DNA from: an uncultured virus (IMG/VR IMGVR_UViG_3300028797_000122)
Taxonomy: Duplodnaviria > Heunggongvirae > Uroviricota > Caudoviricetes
Reading direction: 5' to 3' (one strand)
DNA length: 64,000 bases
IMG/VR virus record: IMGVR_UViG_3300028797_000122
Shown: piece by piece, positions 56,110 through 64,000 of the stretch
Layout: each line of letters opens with the position of its first letter
How positions within the stretch are numbered: the stretch's first letter is position 1
Made by a program: the position numbers and the translations under genes
Notes under the pieces: model-generated
Database searches by the model: none
Told to the model about the DNA's origin: nothing
Seen by the model: the letters and a program-made list of their open reading frames with translations, nothing else

Positions 56110-56934
56110 ATGAACCCAAGTTCAAAACTAGAAGCGGCCCTCGACTCGATGGTCTTGAATCAAGAACAGAAAGACAAGATTCGTGATGCTTACACGGAAG
56201 ATTTGCGTAGGCAGACCGACAATATCGGCGACATGATTGATGCGTTCAAGGAAAAGCTGAACAAGAACAATACCGAGGCGCTCAACAGGACCCGCAAGGA
56301 AGTTACCAAGCAGATGTGGAATAATAACCGCATTGACTTGGAGAATGAAAAGGAAAAGCTAGAAGCGGAGTTCAAGAAGAAGCACGAGGCTGACGAAAAG
56401 CTTGAACAGAAGATGCTTGAAACGGTTAACGTCGCCGCCGAACGCTATGCCAATTACAGGCTTGGTGAAAAATGTACGGAAGGTGATGTCGAGGCGTTGA
56501 AGGCGTTGGCGAAGGACATCTTTGAACACCTGAAGGCCGAGATGCAGGTCCCGCTGTTCATTGTCACGGTGACCTATCAGCACGACATGGATGTCGAAGA
56601 CCGTAAAATCTACATCGGTCGTGACCCAGTAAAGGCAAAGCGTGCATTCATGAACTACCAGGAACTTTGGCACAAGGACAGCAAGCGTAAGTTCCCGAAC
56701 CCGTTCAAGTATAAGGAGAGCAACGGTTATTTCGAGGGAGCCAAGTATCTGGACGACGAAATTACTGGCAAGCAGGCCGACGAAATGTTGTCCGACGCCC
56801 TTGACGAGGCCATTGCGAACAAGCATGACTACACAATCAGGCCAGACGATATTGGCGAGGACCTGGACTTCAATAATTCCCCATGCTCTCTGGAAGTGAT
56901 TGTAGGCGACTATGAAACCTACGGCGGGGTATAA
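56110..56934 (+). CDS. Coiled-coil hypothetical protein
   Basis: ORF track. Confidence 0.75.
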   Translation: MNPSSKLEAALDSMVLNQEQKDKIRDAYTEDLRRQTDNIGDMIDAFKEKLNKNNTEALNRTRKEVTKQMWNNNRIDLENEKEKLEAEFKKKHEADEKLEQKMLETVNVAAERYANYRLGEKCTEGDVEALKALAKDIFEHLKAEMQVPLFIVTVTYQHDMDVEDRKIYIGRDPVKAKRAFMNYQELWHKDSKRKFPNPFKYKESNGYFEGAKYLDDEITGKQADEMLSDALDEAIANKHDYTIRPDDIGEDLDFNNSPCSLEVIVGDYETYGGV

Positions 56935-57020
56935 TGAAAACCTTCACCTACGGCTTTGCCGCAATAATGGGCGGTGTAATCATCGGTTATATCGCTTTGC
57001 ATTTAATACTCCCGGCCTAG
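56934..57020 (+). CDS. Small single-TM peptide (28 aa)
   Basis: TAATG coupling; MKTFTYGFAAIMGGVIIGYIALHLILPA. Confidence 0.55.
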   Translation: MKTFTYGFAAIMGGVIIGYIALHLILPA

Positions 57021-57028
57021 TTTCAGGC

Positions 57029-57063
57029 AAAAAGAAAAGGGCAAGCATTGCTTGCCCTTTGTT
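57029..57063. terminator. Bidirectional intrinsic terminator
   Basis: aaagggcaagc-att-gcttgcccttt with an upstream A-tract, between convergent operons. Confidence 0.8.
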
Positions 57064-57075
57064 AATTCCCGTCTA

Positions 57076-57801
57076 TTAGACGTACTTGTATCCAGGCGGA
57101 ATCCAGATGGTGAACCTGTCGTACTGGAAGGTCGCCCTCCATTCACCGAGGTCGGCTACACCGTAGGTTCCCGGCTTTGGCAATTCGACCTTTTTCGGCC
57201 ATGCGTTGATATACGTGATGGAGAAGATACAGTCACCATACATCCAGTCGTAGTATTCGAGCGTAACCGTCTGGTTACGGAGAAGCTGTACGGTCGGGTT
57301 AGACCAGTTGGCTTGCTGGCCCAAACCGAGGTGGATGTGGTTGGATGAATCCTGTGCGATACGGTTCGTCTGCCAGTTGGCGTCAGAACGGTTTGCCAAG
57401 GTGAGCTCACCTGTGTTGTAGATGAGGTTTCTCCATTCCATCATGGCTTCGTACGGAGCCATATCTTCCGTACAAACACCACCGATAGAGAACTCGCCAT
57501 CAAGGCCAGTCTGTCCAACGGGGTAGTGCTTGTTGAAGCCCATGTATTGGAAAGACTTTTCTTGCAGGGCGACAGCAGGGATGGTAGGCGGCTGCTGCAC
57601 ATAGAGTGCAAAGGACGCTTCGCCATCCTGAATGTCGAACTGGTCGTGGTTTTGAAGGTCCATTCCGAAGGCGTGGAAGATTTCCGTAGAAATCAACATC
57701 CTCCAACGGCTGGTCCTATACGGGTCTGCGAGGGTGTCGATGGCAGCGCCAAAGAACACCTTTTTCTTCAATTCGTCGTCTATTGTCTGGTTGATACCCA
57801 T
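57076..57801 (-). CDS. gp19: Tail tube protein (T4 gp19-like)
   Basis: Follows the sheath gene; TIPA...YMG....PVG...EW...I...AWP..V.L.......EWRATFQYD. Confidence 0.85.
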   Translation of the reverse strand: MGINQTIDDELKKKVFFGAAIDTLADPYRTSRWRMLISTEIFHAFGMDLQNHDQFDIQDGEASFALYVQQPPTIPAVALQEKSFQYMGFNKHYPVGQTGLDGEFSIGGVCTEDMAPYEAMMEWRNLIYNTGELTLANRSDANWQTNRIAQDSSNHIHLGLGQQANWSNPTVQLLRNQTVTLEYYDWMYGDCIFSITYINAWPKKVELPKPGTYGVADLGEWRATFQYDRFTIWIPPGYKYV

Positions 57802-57814
57802 AGTTTACCTCCCA

Positions 57815-60800
57815 TTACACATAAAGTGAAGTGGTCTGAGTGTTGCTAGAACCATTGGACTCAACAATAGTTCTCAGTGTAATCCAGCGAGAGGTCTTGG
57901 TCGGCTTCAAGCGGAGGTCAACGTGCAACTCGTTCCTGTCGATAACGTCAGGGGTGTTGTTCGTGTCGTCGCAGATAGCCGTACCTGAGTACAAACCAGC
58001 CGGGTTAGAGTTCATGATTGCATCCAACTGAGCCTGCAAATCGGACTGAATGTTCGTACGCAGGTTGGTCGTATTCAACTGGAAGACCTTCCTATCGAGG
58101 TAGTGATAGAACATCTTGTGAATACCAGCCAAGAGCATAGCGACATGAATCTGGTCGAATGCAGAGCTTTCCTTCTGCATCGTGAAGTCGCCCCAGATGA
58201 ACATTCCACGGCTGTTGAAACGAGTCGGGTTGACCCTGATTTCAGTCAAACGGGCAATGTTGGAATCCGTGTCTTCAGGATACTTGAAGGTTCTCGGATA
58301 CTTTTCGGTTACACCCCATTCAGTCGGGATGACAGCGTTGATTTCACCAGCAGGCGGCAACCACCAGATACCGTTGGCAGCGTTTGCCGTGATGATGGAA
58401 GCGAGCTGTACGGACTTCACCACTTCCACATTCATGAGCGTGTAGTAGCTGTCGAAGAATACGCCACGACCATCATAGATAGCACCCCAGCGTCCCTTCA
58501 CTCCGAAGCCTTGTGCGCCAATCATCTTCTTGAGGGTTGTCTCGATGTTGGCTTCGCCTACGCCGTCAAGGATAGCGAAGCAGTCCTTACGGAGTTCGCA
58601 AACATTGAGGATTGCGGAAATGACCGTACCATCGAGAACCTCACGGTTCTTCTTGAACAGGTTCTTGACACCAGTACCAGCACCGATGAGCATCGACACG
58701 TCCGTGCCGTCCTTGTCAAGGAACAGGTTCCATGCGTTGGACAGGGTTGCCGAGTCGCTGTTGTTGGCTGGCGTGTATTCCCAGATTGCGTCGTTGATGA
58801 TGGCCGGGTCACGTTCATCGTAGGAAAGCATCGTGGAGACAGAGTCGAGATGACCGTTCTCAACGCTCTGAGACAAGTCGTAAGCGTTGTTCGTGAGGAA
58901 GTTGTCGAGGATGCCGCTGTCGTTGATGAGGAGCCTTGCACCGCTGTCCGTGAGAACAGAGTCGGCCACGTCACCAATGTAGAGGTTTCCGTCATCATGC
59001 ACGTAAGGCACGATGGTTCCTTCCATCTCGTAGGTCTTGCCGTTGAAGTGGTAGGTGATGTAGAGGTACATCCTTGCGATGGCCTCGCCTTCCGCAGAAA
59101 GCACATACACCTGCTTTGCAACGCCGTTGAAGTTCACATCTTCATACTTGACGGATGCAAGACCCATTGCGTTGAACGAAGCACCGATTTCGTCGCTCAC
59201 GAGGAGCTTGTCGGTACGCTGGACAACACCGTCGTTGTATGTCGTGTAATCAAACGTGAGTATTCCGTCATCGTTTGCGAGGAACTTGTTTTCCTGTACG
59301 CTTGCCGGAACCGTCAGGTCGTATGCCCCGAGCATGTTGAACGTAAGCCCGTCCTTACCAGATGTCCAGATGTTGGCATTGGATGCCGTCAGGTCGACGA
59401 GCTTCCATGTGCTGTTTGTACCGAACTTCTTGATATTGAGCTCATCGTCATATTCGACTGTGTTGGCGTGGCTCAGGATAACGATGTCCTTGAATGTATT
59501 TATGTTCTGAACGACATAAACATCGTTCTTGTCGAAGTATTTCGGGTCGGCTGGCTTGTTGGACTTCTGCCTTACGAATGCTACAAGGTCGCCAATGTTG
59601 TACTGCGTAGCAGTTCCAAACGGGACTTGCACACCGAATGTTGATGTCGTGTTGTACTTTGTCCTGTCGGCAATGTCAGAGAGTTGAGTAACATTGTTTC
59701 CAAGGTAGGTGTTGATTGCGAATCCTTCCTTGTTGAATGCAGCGAGAATATTATTCGTCGTTGCAGTGAGGTTGATTATCTTACCTCCAAGAGAGGTGTT
59801 GTCGGCAACTTCCTCACCGTTCTTTCCAGTGATAGTTATTGCACCAGAACCAGTCACTGCGGTGACGTAATATTCCTTCTTACCGTCGGTGTCTAGCTGG
59901 ATGATGTCGTCGGCAGATACCGTACCTACTTCAACCATTCCACGAGTCTGCAATTCGGAAGGCTTGCCCGTTAGGTCCTCTGGGAACACGAGCGTAACGA
60001 CGTACTGGGTCGTTGTCGTTGTCACCTTGTAAGTAACTGACTTGGTGACCGTAGCGCCTTGCTGTGGAGCACTTTCAGCAGCAACCTGGTAGGTCAATAC
60101 CCATTTGTTGTTGGTGGTGTCGACGGATATTTCTGCACCAGACACTACTGGATTGCTTGCGTTTTCGGGGATAGTTGCGCTTGCCGTAACTGTTCTAGGG
60201 TCTCCTGTCTCACTCACCGAATCAACAGTAAATTCTACATCATGAGGAGTTGTGTTTTCTACAGTATTGCTCTCGACCTCTGGTCCAGATACTTTAACGC
60301 CAACGTATTCTTTGGTCGTTTCTTCAGTACCATCAGTGAAGGTTGCTACAACGGAGTCATCAGCATTAATTGACTTCATGAAGTTTTTGGCTTCATTCTC
60401 AGTATCAAACGATGCGATGAGTTCGTTATCGAATTCTTCGGACGCTTCGACGTTATCGAGTACCACGGTGTTCAATATCTTCGGTCGATTGGTATTGACA
60501 TTCAACGTAACAATCTTTGCAGATGCGTCGCATGTTTCCGTTCCAATAGAAGATATTTCGTAAGCACTGAATTGCTCCACTTCGCTCTCTACGGTAGCGT
60601 CCAAGGTGACTCTTGCTACACCTTCGAGCGTAACCGATTCGACCGTACCTGTAACCGTCTTCGTGATGGTTTCCTCATCAACAGTAACTTGGTATGTAAA
60701 CGTGATGATATCACCCGCTTCGATGACAGCTTCTTCTGGCGTAAATGTAAGAACCTTGCCTTCGATTCCGCTGGTATTAACTGTTTCCTTGGTTTTAAGT

Positions 60801-61903
60801 CCAAAGATACGGGTAACCTTGATGTTGCCATCTGGTTCCCTCAACAGGATTTCGGAGCCCATCTTGACATTAGCAAAATCGACTTCGCCAGTTTCCGTCT
60901 TGATGTAGTTCATCTCGCCGTACTTCTTTACAGCACGGTTAGCAACAGCTGTCTTGACTTCGAGGTAGTCTACACCAGTTGTCGCATCGTCGTTATTGCA
61001 GAAGAATGTTGCCGTAGTGTTGGTTAGTGACGGGATGTTCTCCTGCTCGGTCTCGTACTCGGCGACAACCTGTGTATCCAGAATCTTGTTGACGGTTGCG
61101 TACACACCCTTCTCGCTATCAACGAAGTTTGAAGCAGGGAAGTAGATTACGTCGCCAACGCTGAATGCAGGAACGGAGTCGCAAACGAGTGTTACAAGCT
61201 TCTTGTTTTCTCCGCCGATGTCTTTTCGTACGGTTGCCGTGTAACGGTCTGCTGCACGCTTTGCCGCAGTCGGGTCGCTGTTGACGAGAGCGAAGAGCAC
61301 CACGTTGGTGTCGGAACGCACATCAGACGGCTTGCCTTCCTCGTTGAACTCTTCACCAGCGGTAAGCTGGAAGTCCACATTGGAGTTCTCTGCTATGGTT
61401 TCCTGAATGGTGTTAATCTTGCGCTTACCGCCAAAACCAGCGAATCCGTCAGCGATATAACGAGTAGCGGCGAAGTGACGGATATCGAAGGATGTGTGAA
61501 TCACTTCGGTCTTGTTCTCAGCCCTGCTACGAGAATTGTCGTAGTAGTCATCTTTCGCAGCGTTGCGGTCGAAAGCCACGACGAAAGCGTCGGACTTCAA
61601 GTCGGACTTGCGAACGTCGGTCTTTTCCACCTGTTCGCCGTATGGACGAACGAAGTGTACGTGGCCGCCGTTGTTAAGCACGGCACGGGTAGCGTACATA
61701 CCCATGTTCCACTTGGCCTGGTTAAAGCCGAGGCCGAGGATTGAATCCTGGTTCGCCGTATTGGTGATTTTCAGGATTTTGTTAAATTCGCCCTTGGGTG
61801 AGTAGCCGACAACACCGCCGATTAGAGCCGGATTGTCAATGAAAGAATAACCTGAACGGTCTTCAATCTTGATGGCCACGCCTGGACTTCCTTTTCTAGC
61901 CAT
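57815..61903 (-). CDS. gp18: Contractile tail sheath protein (T4 gp18-like) with very large insertions
   Basis: SPGVAIKIEDRS..., VVGYSPKG, RKDCFAILD, WLPPAG, VNP...IWGD.T...SAFDQI, and ICDDTNNTPDVIDRNELHVDLRLKP. GAGGG RBS before ATG 61903. Confidence 0.92.
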   Translation of the reverse strand: MARKGSPGVAIKIEDRSGYSFIDNPALIGGVVGYSPKGEFNKILKITNTANQDSILGLGFNQAKWNMGMYATRAVLNNGGHVHFVRPYGEQVEKTDVRKSDLKSDAFVVAFDRNAAKDDYYDNSRSRAENKTEVIHTSFDIRHFAATRYIADGFAGFGGKRKINTIQETIAENSNVDFQLTAGEEFNEEGKPSDVRSDTNVVLFALVNSDPTAAKRAADRYTATVRKDIGGENKKLVTLVCDSVPAFSVGDVIYFPASNFVDSEKGVYATVNKILDTQVVAEYETEQENIPSLTNTTATFFCNNDDATTGVDYLEVKTAVANRAVKKYGEMNYIKTETGEVDFANVKMGSEILLREPDGNIKVTRIFGLKTKETVNTSGIEGKVLTFTPEEAVIEAGDIITFTYQVTVDEETITKTVTGTVESVTLEGVARVTLDATVESEVEQFSAYEISSIGTETCDASAKIVTLNVNTNRPKILNTVVLDNVEASEEFDNELIASFDTENEAKNFMKSINADDSVVATFTDGTEETTKEYVGVKVSGPEVESNTVENTTPHDVEFTVDSVSETGDPRTVTASATIPENASNPVVSGAEISVDTTNNKWVLTYQVAAESAPQQGATVTKSVTYKVTTTTTQYVVTLVFPEDLTGKPSELQTRGMVEVGTVSADDIIQLDTDGKKEYYVTAVTGSGAITITGKNGEEVADNTSLGGKIINLTATTNNILAAFNKEGFAINTYLGNNVTQLSDIADRTKYNTTSTFGVQVPFGTATQYNIGDLVAFVRQKSNKPADPKYFDKNDVYVVQNINTFKDIVILSHANTVEYDDELNIKKFGTNSTWKLVDLTASNANIWTSGKDGLTFNMLGAYDLTVPASVQENKFLANDDGILTFDYTTYNDGVVQRTDKLLVSDEIGASFNAMGLASVKYEDVNFNGVAKQVYVLSAEGEAIARMYLYITYHFNGKTYEMEGTIVPYVHDDGNLYIGDVADSVLTDSGARLLINDSGILDNFLTNNAYDLSQSVENGHLDSVSTMLSYDERDPAIINDAIWEYTPANNSDSATLSNAWNLFLDKDGTDVSMLIGAGTGVKNLFKKNREVLDGTVISAILNVCELRKDCFAILDGVGEANIETTLKKMIGAQGFGVKGRWGAIYDGRGVFFDSYYTLMNVEVVKSVQLASIITANAANGIWWLPPAGEINAVIPTEWGVTEKYPRTFKYPEDTDSNIARLTEIRVNPTRFNSRGMFIWGDFTMQKESSAFDQIHVAMLLAGIHKMFYHYLDRKVFQLNTTNLRTNIQSDLQAQLDAIMNSNPAGLYSGTAICDDTNNTPDVIDRNELHVDLRLKPTKTSRWITLRTIVESNGSSNTQTTSLYV

Positions 61904-61934
61904 AATACCCTCTATTTGGTCATTACTCATCATA

Positions 61935-61943
61935 AAGTTTATG
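61935..61943 (-). promoter_or_regulatory. Variant late promoter CATAAACTT for the sheath/tube operon
   Basis: 7/9 match to TATAAACTA at the usual distance from the start codon. Confidence 0.4.
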
Positions 61944-62035
61944 TAGTGGCCACAATTTTGAAAAAAAATCCGAAAATTGACCCTTGCCGAGGGTGGGTTG
62001 CAAAATGTATTTTAATGGTAAAATATGGGTGCAAT

Positions 62036-62323
62036 ATGCAGAGAATCACTACACAGTTATACAGGATAGCCAAATTTATAGGCATTTTGGGCATATTCAA
62101 GGACTTCTTCGGCGATGAAGTCAAGCTGTCTAAACTCTACCGTGTTCTTATGGGCGCTTTGATAGCGTATATCGTGGGCAGGACTGCCTACATGTCGTAC
62201 CGGGTGTTCAAGAACGGGTATGTAAAGGAGATTCAGCGTCGTGTGGACGACGATGACGAAGGTGGCGATTATGGAAATTACGGAGACAATGAAGGCGATG
62301 CTCCGTTCCCCGAAGAAGAGTAA
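62036..62323 (+). CDS. Small membrane-associated protein with acidic tail
   Basis: Hydrophobic VLMGALIAYIVG segment. Start placed at ATG 62036, downstream of TTGCCG-N18-TATTTT. Confidence 0.6.
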   Translation: MQRITTQLYRIAKFIGILGIFKDFFGDEVKLSKLYRVLMGALIAYIVGRTAYMSYRVFKNGYVKEIQRRVDDDDEGGDYGNYGDNEGDAPFPEEE

Positions 62324-62332
62324 GGTGCAAGT

Positions 62333-63919
62333 ATGAGTAGTAACAACGAGACTCCAAAACCACTGATTAAAGTAGATTTTAAGACTCTTGACGAATGGAA
62401 GAAGTTCGGATGGAAGGAAAAGCTTGGCTGGGTACGTCATGTATTCCGTGACAATGTCGGTAACATCAAGGGCATAATCAGCGACAACCTGAATGACCTG
62501 TTTGATGTCCTTCATGCGGCATCCAGCCGTGGCACGATATACAGGAAGATGGTGGACCTGGGCAAAATCACTATGTCTTCGACCAAGTTCCTGTCTGGCC
62601 TTGAGGAAATCCTTACGAAGGAAACCCGTATCGCAAGTACGCAGTACGACTATATCCTTAAATGGGTCCATTGCCAGTCTATTGACGACTTGTTCATCAA
62701 CGATGCCAGCATCAACTCGGATATCGTGAGAACATTCGCTGAGAACATCAAGAAGATTTCCGAGAGCGGGGCGTTTAAAATCAAGAAGATGGAGTACGAC
62801 CCGAAGTCGAAAAGCAATGGGCACGACGTGTCTGTGAACTACCTCCTCGAATACACTGGTGACGTTCGGGATGCTGTGGGCATGGAAATTTTCGTCCACT
62901 GTGCATACTTCAATACTACGGACAATGCGGCAAAGTCGGTCAACCTTTCTTCGAAGGGTTCGTTCCTGGTTGCAGTCAACATGGTCGGAAGCAACGCCCC
63001 GTATATTGACAAGATTGAAAACAACGGTGACGGGCTGTTTATTGTCTACCATTCTATGCTCATGGTGGCGCTGCAGAACTATGTCAAGAGCCTTGATGTC
63101 AGCAACAATTATGTGAAGCTCGACCCGTACGGAGACCTTAGGGCCACGTCCAGACGCCTCGTCCCGTTCAATATCGACAACTTCGACAAGGACTCCATCA
63201 TCACCGAGATGAAGAGGTGTCTCGAACAGGGTAAGCGCCGTGGATACATGTTCATGGGTGACCCCGGCACTGGCAAGACCGAGTCAATCCAGAAGCTGCT
63301 TGAACAGTTTACCGACATTCCTGTGTTCTGGGTGGACAGCTCGTCGCTAAGTTCCTATACGGCGATTCATGACGTGTTCAAGACACTGCATTACTTCCCG
63401 AAGTCAATCTGTGTTTTTGACGATATCGACGCCTTGGACCTCACGGCCAAGTCTGACAAGACTACCGCCTTTATCGAATGCATGGATTGCAAGGATGACA
63501 GCCTTGCCTACAACGGAATTGTCATCATGACGGTCAACGAGCCGACCCGAGTCCATTCTTCAATCAAGTCTAGGCCGGGTCGTATCGACAAGATTATATA
63601 CATCAAGAACCCTGAGTCCATCGACAGCGTATTCGATGTCATCACTCAGAGGTATGTCAGGGCGGACCACGAGATGCCGTCCAAGTTCAGCATGAAGAAC
63701 AAGAAGTTCGTGGCATGCATGCAGAAATGCATCGACGCCAACTTCACTCACGCCCACATCGCCGGAATCATCGATGACATCATCTATCTTTCCGAGACGA
63801 AGGGCGACGCTCTCATCAAGGAACTTTCAAAGAGAATCGACGACCGCATCATGTCCATCAAGTACGCCAACATGAAGACTAAGAACGGTTATTTCGAGAA
63901 GGGGAGCCTTTCGGACTAA
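62333..63919 (+). CDS. Single-domain AAA ATPase (classic AAA, BCS1-like architecture)
   Basis: RRGYMFMGDPGTGKT, CVFDDID, MTVN and RPGRID (second region of homology). Confidence 0.85.
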   Translation: MSSNNETPKPLIKVDFKTLDEWKKFGWKEKLGWVRHVFRDNVGNIKGIISDNLNDLFDVLHAASSRGTIYRKMVDLGKITMSSTKFLSGLEEILTKETRIASTQYDYILKWVHCQSIDDLFINDASINSDIVRTFAENIKKISESGAFKIKKMEYDPKSKSNGHDVSVNYLLEYTGDVRDAVGMEIFVHCAYFNTTDNAAKSVNLSSKGSFLVAVNMVGSNAPYIDKIENNGDGLFIVYHSMLMVALQNYVKSLDVSNNYVKLDPYGDLRATSRRLVPFNIDNFDKDSIITEMKRCLEQGKRRGYMFMGDPGTGKTESIQKLLEQFTDIPVFWVDSSSLSSYTAIHDVFKTLHYFPKSICVFDDIDALDLTAKSDKTTAFIECMDCKDDSLAYNGIVIMTVNEPTRVHSSIKSRPGRIDKIIYIKNPESIDSVFDVITQRYVRADHEMPSKFSMKNKKFVACMQKCIDANFTHAHIAGIIDDIIYLSETKGDALIKELSKRIDDRIMSIKYANMKTKNGYFEKGSLSD

Positions 63920-63927
63920 AACATAGA

Positions 63928-63951
63928 ACCTAGTTATTTAACTAGGTTTTT
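63928..63951 (+). terminator. Intrinsic terminator
   Basis: aacctagtta-tt-taactaggtt followed by T residues. Confidence 0.65.
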
Positions 63952-64000
63952 GCTATGTTCTGACGGCATTAAACATTCATCAAAAAATGTGGATACTTGT

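Noticed and set aside
57797..57812. GTAAACTA as another late promoter
   Set aside because: It is the spacer between a GGAGG RBS and the tube-gene ATG.
58103..59644. 513-aa plus-strand ORF
   Set aside because: Antisense shadow of the tail sheath gene; no RBS or recognisable motif.
1..64000. Alternative genetic code (TAG reassigned), prompted by the in-frame TAGs at 45525 and 45552
   Set aside because: Many long conserved genes are intact under code 11, and several end in TAG right before a neighbouring gene (for example at 1021, 10709, 11314 and 18039).
1..64000. tRNA or rRNA genes
   Set aside because: No cloverleaf or T-loop signature was noticed in the few intergenic gaps; tRNAscan-SE would be needed to exclude them formally.

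Overview
This 64-kb window is a segment of a large T4-related (jumbo-type) myophage genome in the standard genetic code. Recognisable T4-like genes are dispersed on both strands and interleaved with accessory genes. Morphogenesis homologues: gp15, gp4, gp53, gp3, gp54/gp48-like, gp17 TerL, probable gp16, gp26, gp13, gp19 tube and an unusually long gp18 sheath. Replication/recombination homologues: UvsY, gp47, gp44/gp62. Accessory genes include an SLT transglycosylase, an amidase, a MoxR ATPase and a vWA protein, an HD hydrolase, glycosyltransferases, a UGM-like protein, an adenine methyltransferase, a sigma-70-like factor and a ferritin-like protein. I found 13 exact copies of a TATAAACTA late-promoter-like motif and a separate TTGnnn-N17-TA(T/A)ATT promoter class. 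The most striking pattern is a shared ~35-aa N-terminal leader ending in (F/Y/L/M)-E-(A/S/D) on seven otherwise unrelated late proteins, a candidate capsid-targeting, protease-cleaved cargo system. Other highlights are an ArfA-like gene with a terminator inside its ORF, a candidate +1 frameshift after the gp26-like gene, tandem 27-nt minigenes, an IS200/IS605-like miniature element and a RiPP-precursor-like peptide. All product calls come from motif recognition by eye; no database searches were run. No tRNA, rRNA or CRISPR array was seen.
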